From positions 23,007-87,006 of the forward strand of contig CAYUWR010000011.1 in assembly GCA_964448685.1 (NCBI GenBank): DNA of 64,000 nucleotides, read 5' to 3'. A model generated the notes under the pieces. It made no database searches. It saw only the letters and a program-made list of their open reading frames with translations, and was not told the DNA's origin. The translations under genes were made by a program, and so were the position numbers. This document shows, in pieces, positions 28,114-36,628 of this stretch. This stretch comes from an uncultured Nitrososphaeria archaeon. Lineage in GTDB: Archaea > Thermoproteota > Nitrososphaeria > JACIWG01. How positions within the stretch are numbered: the first letter of the stretch is position 1; each line of letters begins with the position of its first letter.

Positions 28114-30509
28114 CTTCTTCCAAACCTCCTATAAACCATCAAGAGCATTACAAGGGCGACTACGATAAGTATCCCTGCATAGATGATCCAGTTCGTTTCC
28201 TGGAGAACCTCGACCCTCAATGTGTAGGATTGAGGTTCAGTCTGATCAGACACAACCTTGAAGTCGATATAGTAGTTGCCGGCGTTGACATCTGACTGCG
28301 CCTTGACCGTTATATCGAATGTAGTGTCTTGGCCAGCCCCAAGAGAGGCTTGATAAGAGGGTTCGACAGTGACCGAGAAGCCGTCTGGAGCAGCCCCCAT
28401 TATAGCCTTCACGTTCGTTAGCTCTTGACTTCCAGAGTTACTTACGTACAGCGTGAACGCCCCTTGGCCGCCCACATAAAGTGATGTGTAGAAGTTCTGG
28501 TTTGTCACGGCCAACACACGCAAGCCGAGTATGTTGAGGGTTAGATCGACAGTCTTGTTCACTCTAGCATTTGTGAGCGAGACTGTGAAATTCTGAGCTC
28601 CAAGCTTCGCCCCCTTGGGTGTTGAAACGGCGACATATATCACATTCGTCTGACCTTTTTCAACATAAACCTTCGTGATCTCCTGCTTGGCAGAGTCCTC
28701 GAACCACCCCCTCAAGCCTGAAGGTAGGCCTTGGAGGGAGAGGTCAAGAAGCTCATCGTATCCACCAAGATTTGAAATGCTCAACTTGAATCGCCCATCG
28801 GAGCCCGCATACACGTCTACATAGGGTGGCTTCGCCTCCACCTTAACGTCAGCCGTCGACTTCTGCACAGAAAGAACAAGTGGTAACTCAGCAGACACAT
28901 TTGGAGACTTTGCTGAGAAGAGGATGGTATAGTCTCCCACGCTTACATCAGTCGGGGTGACAACAGAGACGACAAGGTCCACGAACCCGCCTCCTTCCAA
29001 TGTAACCTCCGACACCGCTTCGCCGCCAGCGTTCCTCGTGTACACCGACCAACCTTGCGGTGTGTGGACGGTTGAGATGGTAAATTGCTGCTCGACGTCG
29101 GCAGGGTTTTTCAACCTGACTTGAAACTGGGCCACATCACCTGGTCCTACAGACTTTCCAGGAAACTGGCAGGAGACCACTTTAGCCTCCGACGGCTGAA
29201 CCTTGACCGAGAATTGAAGAGAGGAGTTTGTCCTTCCTGCAGCTGTCAACGTCAAGTTTCTGTCGGCTACCGAGAACGGCACTGTGACCTCCAGCTGGAG
29301 GTTAAGGCTTGCGCCTGGAGAAAGGGTTACACCCAAGGTCTCTGTACCGGTTTGACCTAGAACCCTCGTCAGCCAACCTCCCGATCCGGTAACAAGGAAG
29401 TTTACAGCTTCCGTTTCTCCCCCCACAGCGTTGCTTATTGTAAATGGAATAAGCAACTTTGCCCCTGGATTTGCGATCAGGTTAAGAGCGGAAGAGTAAA
29501 TCTTCACAGACTTTGATAATGTCACCTGCCCAAGATCTAACGTTTCATCTTTCAAGAGAATATTCTTTGAAAGCTTTGTATACCCTTCCTTTATGAAGTC
29601 GACCGAGAAGGCTGCAGAGGCCGGTAGCTCGATTTCAAAGTCGCCGTTAGACGATGTGGCCACGCTTTTGATGAAGCCTCCTTCTGAAGAGTAGACGGCA
29701 ACATCCGCCCCACCTATTCCTTTACCATCTTCATCCACAACCTTTCCGAAGACGTACACTGTCGGTTGCGGTCTAGTCCACACCGTGAACGTTAGAGAAC
29801 AGTTGGATGTCCCAACAGCTGTCAGGGACAGGCTGAAGCTATTGTATGAAGGGGCTGTCGATGGAACTGCTACTTCGAGTTCAAGATTCAGGCTTTGCCC
29901 CGGCGACAAGTATTCTGCGGCGACCTCCCGATTCTGGTCCAGGATTCTAGCAGGCCAACCTTCAGGTTTCGTTATAAGAAAGCCTACGATTTCAGGATCT
30001 GCGCCTACATTTGCGACTGTGAACGAGATGCCCAGTGTATCCCCCACCTTTGCTATGAGGCCAAGAGAAGAGCTGGACAACTTCAGCGCCCTATTCAATG
30101 TTATGTTGCCGAGGTCCGTGTCAAGCCACTGCACTGAAACACTCTTCACAGTCTTAGCGTACGCCGTCTTGGTTACGTAAAGGTTGTATGTGCCATATGC
30201 AACCATGACGCTGAAGAAGCCGTCGGAGTTCGTGGATGTGGAGGCTACGAGAGCGCCATTCAACGTGAAGAACTGCACTTGCACATCGGACAAAACTCTA
30301 CTCTGCTCGTCCACCACCAGGCCGTGAACATATGCATACTGCTCTGCAAACGATATCGAGGAAAAAGACAGGCAGGAGACCAAGATCAGAAGACATACGG
30401 TTGCACTCGAAAGCAGCCTTGAAGACGAACTCCATCGTGTCCTATCATTTTCGTCCAAGAACATACTGTCGACACGTCGCATCATGCCCTTATCCCGCCT
30501 CTTTCCCAC
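28110..30509 (-). CDS. Surface protein with carboxypeptidase-regulatory-like and NEW3/Ig-like repeats and a C-terminal TM (start codon uncertain)
   Basis: Signal-like hydrophobic stretch; repeated GxVVDE..., PxGW and ..N.G modules; C-terminal TM ending YRRFGRR. Upstream of the ABC pair. Confidence 0.85.
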   Translation of the reverse strand: MGKRRDKGMMRRVDSMFLDENDRTRWSSSSRLLSSATVCLLILVSCLSFSSISFAEQYAYVHGLVVDEQSRVLSDVQVQFFTLNGALVASTSTNSDGFFSVMVAYGTYNLYVTKTAYAKTVKSVSVQWLDTDLGNITLNRALKLSSSSLGLIAKVGDTLGISFTVANVGADPEIVGFLITKPEGWPARILDQNREVAAEYLSPGQSLNLELEVAVPSTAPSYNSFSLSLTAVGTSNCSLTFTVWTRPQPTVYVFGKVVDEDGKGIGGADVAVYSSEGGFIKSVATSSNGDFEIELPASAAFSVDFIKEGYTKLSKNILLKDETLDLGQVTLSKSVKIYSSALNLIANPGAKLLIPFTISNAVGGETEAVNFLVTGSGGWLTRVLGQTGTETLGVTLSPGASLNLQLEVTVPFSVADRNLTLTAAGRTNSSLQFSVKVQPSEAKVVSCQFPGKSVGPGDVAQFQVRLKNPADVEQQFTISTVHTPQGWSVYTRNAGGEAVSEVTLEGGGFVDLVVSVVTPTDVSVGDYTILFSAKSPNVSAELPLVLSVQKSTADVKVEAKPPYVDVYAGSDGRFKLSISNLGGYDELLDLSLQGLPSGLRGWFEDSAKQEITKVYVEKGQTNVIYVAVSTPKGAKLGAQNFTVSLTNARVNKTVDLTLNILGLRVLAVTNQNFYTSLYVGGQGAFTLYVSNSGSQELTNVKAIMGAAPDGFSVTVEPSYQASLGAGQDTTFDITVKAQSDVNAGNYYIDFKVVSDQTEPQSYTLRVEVLQETNWIIYAGILIVVALVMLLMVYRRFGRR

Positions 30510-30647
30510 ACCATGTTGAGCATATCTGGAAAGGGAAGTTCAAAGATAGACCTAGCCCACCGTCCCAGAGCGTTTTCGAAAAGTGCAGCCAAGGCATCCA
30601 AAGCACCCATCCTCCCAAACATATGCTGATTTCAAGCGTCCCCCTTC

Positions 30648-30703
30648 GAGTTATAAAACACTTTTTCAGAATTAGACCCAATTTACACCAACTTATACCA
30701 AAT
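30648..30703 (-). promoter_or_regulatory. BRE-TATA of the NEW3/ABC operon with three phased CCAA repeats upstream
   Basis: Minus-strand GAAAAAG..TTTTATAA. Plus-strand CCAA at 30678, 30688 and 30698 (10-nt period). Confidence 0.55.
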
Positions 30704-30840
30704 AGAGCATCAGAGAAGAATACAGTCTGTCAAGAGATTTATGTCGCCAGCCTGACGACAAGTGACTTGAGATGGAATTAGAGTATACGATAACATAAAT
30801 AAATGTGGCCACAGGTAGAGTATTACGTATATCCTGAGCG

Positions 30841-31161
30841 ATGTGGATGTCCGCCAACCTAAACCCATTAAGGTATCTGCTTGGGTGGCTGATCACTGGC
30901 ACGAGAGGAGGTGTGACTCGCGCCAGGATAATCAGAGCCTTAAGGGAGAAGCCGCAGAACGCCAATCAGCTAGCCTCTTCGCTCAGGCTTGACTACAGAA
31001 CTATAAGACACCATCTTGAAGTCCTCCAAAAGAATCGACTGATCGTTTCAGCCGGCGATAGATATGGTGTCACATACTTCCTTTCTCCAGCGATGGAAGC
31101 CAACTATGCCCTATTTGAAGAGATTGTGGCTAAAATTTGGGAAAAGGAAAAAAAGGAGTGA
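30841..31161 (+). CDS. Winged-HTH (ArsR-like) regulator
   Basis: WLITGTRGGVTRARII, PQNANQLA..L.LDYRTIRHHL. Confidence 0.9.
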   Translation: MWMSANLNPLRYLLGWLITGTRGGVTRARIIRALREKPQNANQLASSLRLDYRTIRHHLEVLQKNRLIVSAGDRYGVTYFLSPAMEANYALFEEIVAKIWEKEKKE

Positions 31162-31179
31162 GACGATAGGTGGAATAGC

Positions 31180-31602
31180 ATGAACAGAAACGTGAAGATC
31201 TACCTGATACTGGCAATATTGGTAGCTGCAGCCTTGCTTGCAACGTTTTCGGCTAACATGAACTTTCCGGCATTCCCTGGACAACAGAGGCCGCCGAGGA
31301 CTGTTCCCGGGGACATTGAACTATACTATTCGGCTAGGACCGTTATTTCAACAGTCAATGTCACCCTCCTATTGATCCTGCTCGTCACATACGCCGACAT
31401 GTACTTGAAGACAAAATCCGAGTTCGTAATCGGGCTGATTATATTTTCGATGGTACTGCTTCTCAACGCCCTCACCTCCAACCCACTTGTGCATCAAATC
31501 TTCGGATTCTACGCCTTCGGGTTAGGCCCCTTTGCAATGTTGCCAGATCTGTTCACATTATCCGCGTTGATAGTCCTACTGTATCTGACATTCAGGTATT
31601 AA
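31180..31602 (+). CDS. 4-TM membrane protein paired with the wHTH regulator
   Basis: TKSEFVIGLIIFS...NPL...GPFAMLPDLF; hydrophobic. Confidence 0.8.
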   Translation: MNRNVKIYLILAILVAAALLATFSANMNFPAFPGQQRPPRTVPGDIELYYSARTVISTVNVTLLLILLVTYADMYLKTKSEFVIGLIIFSMVLLLNALTSNPLVHQIFGFYAFGLGPFAMLPDLFTLSALIVLLYLTFRY

Positions 31603-31741
31603 AGAGGCTGATAGCCGATCGGACAGAGGTAGAGGACAGGCGAAAGCATCCTTTCCAATATCATAGGATTCGGTTGTCTCAAATATTTCTACAGTCAGAT
31701 CTTATGAAAGATTTAACTATCAGCTTGTGCAGGTTCTACTT

Positions 31742-32449
31742 ATGGGCTTCAAATGGGTTGCCTTCGACGTTTATGCCACTTTGATTGATCGGGAACAGGG
31801 AGCAACGATAGCATTTGACAAAATAGCCAAGAGAAACGGTATCGGAGTCGACGGCTACATCTTGTTCGAAGAATGGCACAATGAAGTTATCAGAATCTAC
31901 AGAAGCAATATCGATTTCATAGGCTGGAAAGAGGCTGGAAGAGTCGCCATAGGAAAGCTCTTTAAAAGATTTAACGTAGAAGGCGAAATCGACGACATCA
32001 GCATCCTGTATGAGAGCTTCAAGGATTGGAGACCTTACGATGATGTCAAACCAGTACTGGAAGAGTTAAAGGAGCGTGGCTACAAGCTTGCAGTCGTCAC
32101 GAACATGGATACCGATCTGTTCTTCAAGACAAACATAGATGTAGACTTAGATTTGGTGGTGACTTCGGAAATGGCAAAGGCTTACAAGCCAAACCCTAAG
32201 ATATTTGAATATGCGATAGAGGAAATGAATTGCGGCAAGAGCGAGTTACTATTAGCAGGGACAAGCCCTTGGGCTGATATACAGGGCGCCAAGATTTCTG
32301 GATTAAAGATTGCTTGGATAAACAGAAAGAAGATGAGAGAAAGATGGATGAAGTTGAATGCCTGGGATCCAATACCAGATTACGAATTTGAAGATCTATA
32401 CGGACTGCTCAAGGTTCTACATAGAAGGGTGAATCAGCAGAGCACCTGA
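31742..32449 (+). CDS. HAD-IA hydrolase (haloacid dehalogenase-like)
   Basis: FDVYATLID, VVTN, AYKPNPKIF, WADIQGA. Confidence 0.88.
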   Translation: MGFKWVAFDVYATLIDREQGATIAFDKIAKRNGIGVDGYILFEEWHNEVIRIYRSNIDFIGWKEAGRVAIGKLFKRFNVEGEIDDISILYESFKDWRPYDDVKPVLEELKERGYKLAVVTNMDTDLFFKTNIDVDLDLVVTSEMAKAYKPNPKIFEYAIEEMNCGKSELLLAGTSPWADIQGAKISGLKIAWINRKKMRERWMKLNAWDPIPDYEFEDLYGLLKVLHRRVNQQST

Positions 32450-32579
32450 CAGACAGTACGAAACTGATGAAGGCTTCACATGCCCTTCTTCATCTCATAA
32501 TCCCATTCTCTCTAACTTCAACAACTTTGCAGCCAGGCATGTTCTGAAGGCATAGGCCAATAGGGGTTTCAAGTGGGCT

Positions 32580-33824
32580 TCAGCCTTTCGGCCGTCTCAG
32601 TTCTTGTATGGCTTTCTCAATACGACCGACGAGTTCAGCCTTATATTCTATCGGAAATGTGCAGCTGGCCGCGAAGTCATGCCCGTCCGCGACTCCGCCG
32701 ATTTCTCTGGTTGACCTTTGCAAGAGATCGACGGCGGATGGCATTAAGTGCTGCATGATACTCGACTGCATATCTCTTGGAACCCTCATAGAGGCCTTCA
32801 CGAATCGTTCCTCGAGACTTCCCCAGCCTGGAACTTGTTGCGGTACATCCATGAACCCCAGAATATACTTGCTACTGTTTATCAGTCTGGCCTGATAAGA
32901 GAGGAAGGAGCAGAATGTTCCAATGACCTTCGTGCCCATGCCTTTGAATGCTTCACCTGAATCAAAGTATTGAACATGTTCGCTTTGTCTTAACCTTTCT
33001 TTGTATAGGTTCGCTATTAGTTTCTTGTTAGCCTTTTTGCGTTCTACTTCAAGCGCTTTAACTGTCTTCTTTACTTCCGAAGTCTGACCATACAGGCATA
33101 GTTCGATTCCGACTTCCGGGCCACCCTTATAATATCCCACAGAGCCGAGAATCTGCAGACTTGAGAAGATTTGGCTTATTCCAAGGCCTAGCTTGGTCGA
33201 CACAAATGAGCCACCTCTTTTTCTTATCACGTTTTTTTCCAAAGCTTCATTCTGGACCTGTAGAGTGAGGCTTGAAGGCTTTCCGGGTATCTCTAGACTT
33301 CCAACGAGAGCGAGATATGATAGGTCGAAGTTTCTTTCGTCAAGTTCTTTGGCGAACAGGTAACAGCATGTGGAGCTTGAGAAATCGGTTTCTCCTTTGA
33401 GGCCAGAATATTCGAGGTTTAGGTCGAAGATAGAGAGGTCCTCTGTTGGAGAGGGGTTGTGATGGTCCAGTATTACCGTCAAGTTTCGGCCCCCATTATA
33501 TTCAGATATCAAGTTGGCATGTGGAGAGCCTATGTCCACATAGAGTATCGCTCGCCTATCTTTGTGTAAGTTTCTCAGCACTTGAGGATAAAGTCTTTCC
33601 AGACAGAGCGTTTTGACCTTGAACCATTCTCTTTCAAGGGCAACTTTGATGAGTGCACTTGAGCTTATCCCGTCGGCGTCGTCGTGATGAACCAACAGCA
33701 CCTCTTTATGCTCCGACCTTAGCCTTGATATGGCCCGCAAAGCCTTCTCTTTGAAGCTCAGATCCATAGCTCGATTTTCGTCTGCCAAGCTTTTTACCTT
33801 TTCGATTTCCTCAGCTTCTGCCAC
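32580..33824 (-). CDS. DHH-family phosphoesterase (RecJ-like)
   Basis: HHDDADG, VDIGS, ILDHH, C-terminal DGHDFAAS. Confidence 0.9.
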   Translation of the reverse strand: MAEAEEIEKVKSLADENRAMDLSFKEKALRAISRLRSEHKEVLLVHHDDADGISSSALIKVALEREWFKVKTLCLERLYPQVLRNLHKDRRAILYVDIGSPHANLISEYNGGRNLTVILDHHNPSPTEDLSIFDLNLEYSGLKGETDFSSSTCCYLFAKELDERNFDLSYLALVGSLEIPGKPSSLTLQVQNEALEKNVIRKRGGSFVSTKLGLGISQIFSSLQILGSVGYYKGGPEVGIELCLYGQTSEVKKTVKALEVERKKANKKLIANLYKERLRQSEHVQYFDSGEAFKGMGTKVIGTFCSFLSYQARLINSSKYILGFMDVPQQVPGWGSLEERFVKASMRVPRDMQSSIMQHLMPSAVDLLQRSTREIGGVADGHDFAASCTFPIEYKAELVGRIEKAIQELRRPKG

Positions 33825-33893
33825 AATTAGATCACAGACGGAAATCTTTAGAAATACTTAATTCCAAACAACCTCGTCCTAGTAAAGGGGAGA

Positions 33894-36584
33894 ATGGAGA
33901 CCACACAAGATTATCGATGGCACGCTCTCGAGTCAAAGGAAGTACTTCAAATTCTGGGGAGCAGCTTTGAAGGCTTGACTGAAGACGAGGTCTTGAAGAG
34001 GCTGGAAAGATATGGGAGAAACGAAATAAGAAGGGAGAAGAGAACACCATCTTGGCGGATCTTTATCGAGCAGTTCAAGAACATACTGATAATTCTCCTG
34101 CTGGCAGCCACCACCTTTTCCCTATTGATCGGGGAAGTCCTTGATGCCATCGTAATCTTCGCTATAGTCGTTGCATCAGCGGGCTTGGGCTTCATACAGG
34201 AATACCGTTCCGAGAAGGCCATACAACTATTGAAGAAGCTTGCGGCGCCCTCAGCTACAGTCGTAAGAGAGGGCCGAGAGAAGATTGTTCCATCCATCAA
34301 CATAGTGCCAGGAGACCTGGTCGTGCTACGCGCTGGAGACAGGATTCCAGCGGACGTTAGACTTATGGAAGTCTACAACTTGAAGGTTGACGAAGCACCT
34401 CTAACTGGAGAGTCTATTCCCGTCGAAAAGAGCGTCGAGAGAGTGCAAGATGACGCGATAGTTTCGGAAAGAACAAACATGGCGTTCAGTGGGACCGTAG
34501 CCACCTATGGGAGAGCGTTGGGTGTGGTGGTTGCAACAGGCATGAATACAGAATTTGGCAAGATAGCTAAGACGGTCCAAGAGGAGACGAGGACTGGGAC
34601 ACCACTTGAAAAGAGGATGAACGCGATCGGCAAGTGGCTTACCGTCTTCGCTCTAGCCGTCTGTGCACTTGTAGCTGTGCTTGGAATCTTCAGGGGAAAC
34701 GATCCAACTGAAATGGTCCTCTGGGGTGTCAGCTTGGCTGTGGCGGCGGTCCCTGAAGCACTTCCAGCTGTGGTAACAGGATCCCTTGCTATAGGAATGT
34801 ATGAGATGGCGAGAAGAAGGGCGATCGTGAGAAGGCTGCCTGCTGTTGAAACCCTTGGCAGCACCTCGATAATATGCTCGGATAAGACTGGAACCATGAC
34901 GAAGGGAGAGATGACTGTCAAGAAGATCTTCGTAGACGACAGATTCGTTGAGGTCGGCGGCGTCGGATATGAACCCAAAGGAGAATTCCTTGTCGACGGG
35001 AAAGCTATTGAGCCAAAAGACCTTGACACACTCTATAGGCTTCTTAAGGCTTCTGCTCTCTGTAACGATTCGAAGCTTTTCTATGACAACGCCAGATGGA
35101 ATGTGACAGGAGACACAACAGAGGGAGCCCTGCTCGTTGCCGCTGCAAAGGCGAACATCTTGGAAAATGAACTAGACAGGTACCCTAGGATAAAAGAGAT
35201 CCCTTTCACATCCGAAAGGAAGAGGATGACGACAGTCCATGCCACTTCAGAATCAGATAGGAAGCTTGTTATAATGAAGGGAGCGCCTGAAGTCGTCTTG
35301 GAGAAATGCAGCCATGTTTTGAAGGAGGGAAGAATAGTGGAACTTGGCCGGCAGGAGAGAGAGAAGATCCTGTCTGTGAATGGGATGATGGCTTCTGAGG
35401 CGCTGAGAAATCTGGCTATCGCCTACAGAGAGGAATTGGATGTGCCGGAAGAGCTTGAAGAAGGCTTTGAGAGAGACTTCATCTTCTTAGGGCTTGTCGG
35501 AATGATAGATCCTCCGAGAGAAGAGGTGAAGGAGGCGCTGAAGTTGTGCCGGGATGCGGGAATCAAGGTAGTCATGATAACCGGAGACCACAAGCTGACC
35601 GCGGTTTCAGTAGCCAAGGAACTGGGAATAGTGAACGGAGATGACACCATCGTCCTGACTGGAGCTGAGCTTGAGAAGATGTCGGATGAGGAATTCGATA
35701 GGGTTGTTGAAGATGTTAAAGTGTACGCGAGGGTATCGCCAGAGCACAAAATGAAGATAGTGAAGGCTCTTAAGAAAAGGGGATATGTTGTGGCTATGAC
35801 AGGCGACGGCATAAATGATGCTACAGCGCTCAAGATGGCCGACATCGGCATCTCGATGGGCATGACGGGAACAGAGGTTACAAAGGAGACATCTGACATG
35901 ATATTGGCTGATGACAACTTTTCGACGATCGTCAACGCTGTGAGGGAGGGGAGAAGAATCTTTGATAACATCAAGAAGTACCTGATATATCTGCTACAGT
36001 GTAATATAGCGGAGATCGCCGTAATGCTCATCGCGACCATGATAGCGCTGCCACTACCCTTGACAGCGGTCCAGATATTATGGGTAAACCTAACCACCGA
36101 CGGACTTCCGGCACTAGCACTCGGAGTAGATCCGGCGGAGTCGGATGTGATGAAAAGAAAGCCGAGACTTCTTAAGGCAAATATCGTGAACAGGAAAGAG
36201 TTCGCGATCTATTTTCTCATAGTCCCAATCATTTTGACGACAATAATACTTTCAAACTTCATGTTCACACTATCGAGCGAGTCGCTGGTGGAGGCCAGGA
36301 CAGAAGCATTAACCGTTATGATCGTCTGCGAGCTCGCCGTCGCCATATCCTGTCATTCTCTCAATCATCCGATTACGAAGGTGAATCCTTTCTCCAACAA
36401 GTTTCTCTGGCTCGCTGTTGCAGGTTCACTGGTGATGCAGCTTGCTGTACTGTATCTTCCATTCATGCACAGCCCGTTCGATATAACCTATCCATCTCAG
36501 CAGGACTGGATGCTTGCAGTCGGTTCAGCGGCAACCATCTTCTCAGTCGCAGAAGCCTTCAAACATCTCCTAAGAGGAAGATGA
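33894..36584 (+). CDS. P-type ATPase, type IIA (Ca2+/cation)
   Basis: TGES, AVPEALP, DKTGT, KGAPE, DPPR, TGDGIND, NLTTDGLP. Confidence 0.96.
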   Translation: METTQDYRWHALESKEVLQILGSSFEGLTEDEVLKRLERYGRNEIRREKRTPSWRIFIEQFKNILIILLLAATTFSLLIGEVLDAIVIFAIVVASAGLGFIQEYRSEKAIQLLKKLAAPSATVVREGREKIVPSINIVPGDLVVLRAGDRIPADVRLMEVYNLKVDEAPLTGESIPVEKSVERVQDDAIVSERTNMAFSGTVATYGRALGVVVATGMNTEFGKIAKTVQEETRTGTPLEKRMNAIGKWLTVFALAVCALVAVLGIFRGNDPTEMVLWGVSLAVAAVPEALPAVVTGSLAIGMYEMARRRAIVRRLPAVETLGSTSIICSDKTGTMTKGEMTVKKIFVDDRFVEVGGVGYEPKGEFLVDGKAIEPKDLDTLYRLLKASALCNDSKLFYDNARWNVTGDTTEGALLVAAAKANILENELDRYPRIKEIPFTSERKRMTTVHATSESDRKLVIMKGAPEVVLEKCSHVLKEGRIVELGRQEREKILSVNGMMASEALRNLAIAYREELDVPEELEEGFERDFIFLGLVGMIDPPREEVKEALKLCRDAGIKVVMITGDHKLTAVSVAKELGIVNGDDTIVLTGAELEKMSDEEFDRVVEDVKVYARVSPEHKMKIVKALKKRGYVVAMTGDGINDATALKMADIGISMGMTGTEVTKETSDMILADDNFSTIVNAVREGRRIFDNIKKYLIYLLQCNIAEIAVMLIATMIALPLPLTAVQILWVNLTTDGLPALALGVDPAESDVMKRKPRLLKANIVNRKEFAIYFLIVPIILTTIILSNFMFTLSSESLVEARTEALTVMIVCELAVAISCHSLNHPITKVNPFSNKFLWLAVAGSLVMQLAVLYLPFMHSPFDITYPSQQDWMLAVGSAATIFSVAEAFKHLLRGR

Positions 36585-36628
36585 TTTCCAGAAAACGTTT
36601 AAAAAGTTTAGCTATTGGTATACGAACA

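Noticed and set aside
32450..32579. TGATGA...CTGA as a C/D-box sRNA
   Set aside because: Box spacing is long, with no clear internal C'/D' boxes or terminal stem.
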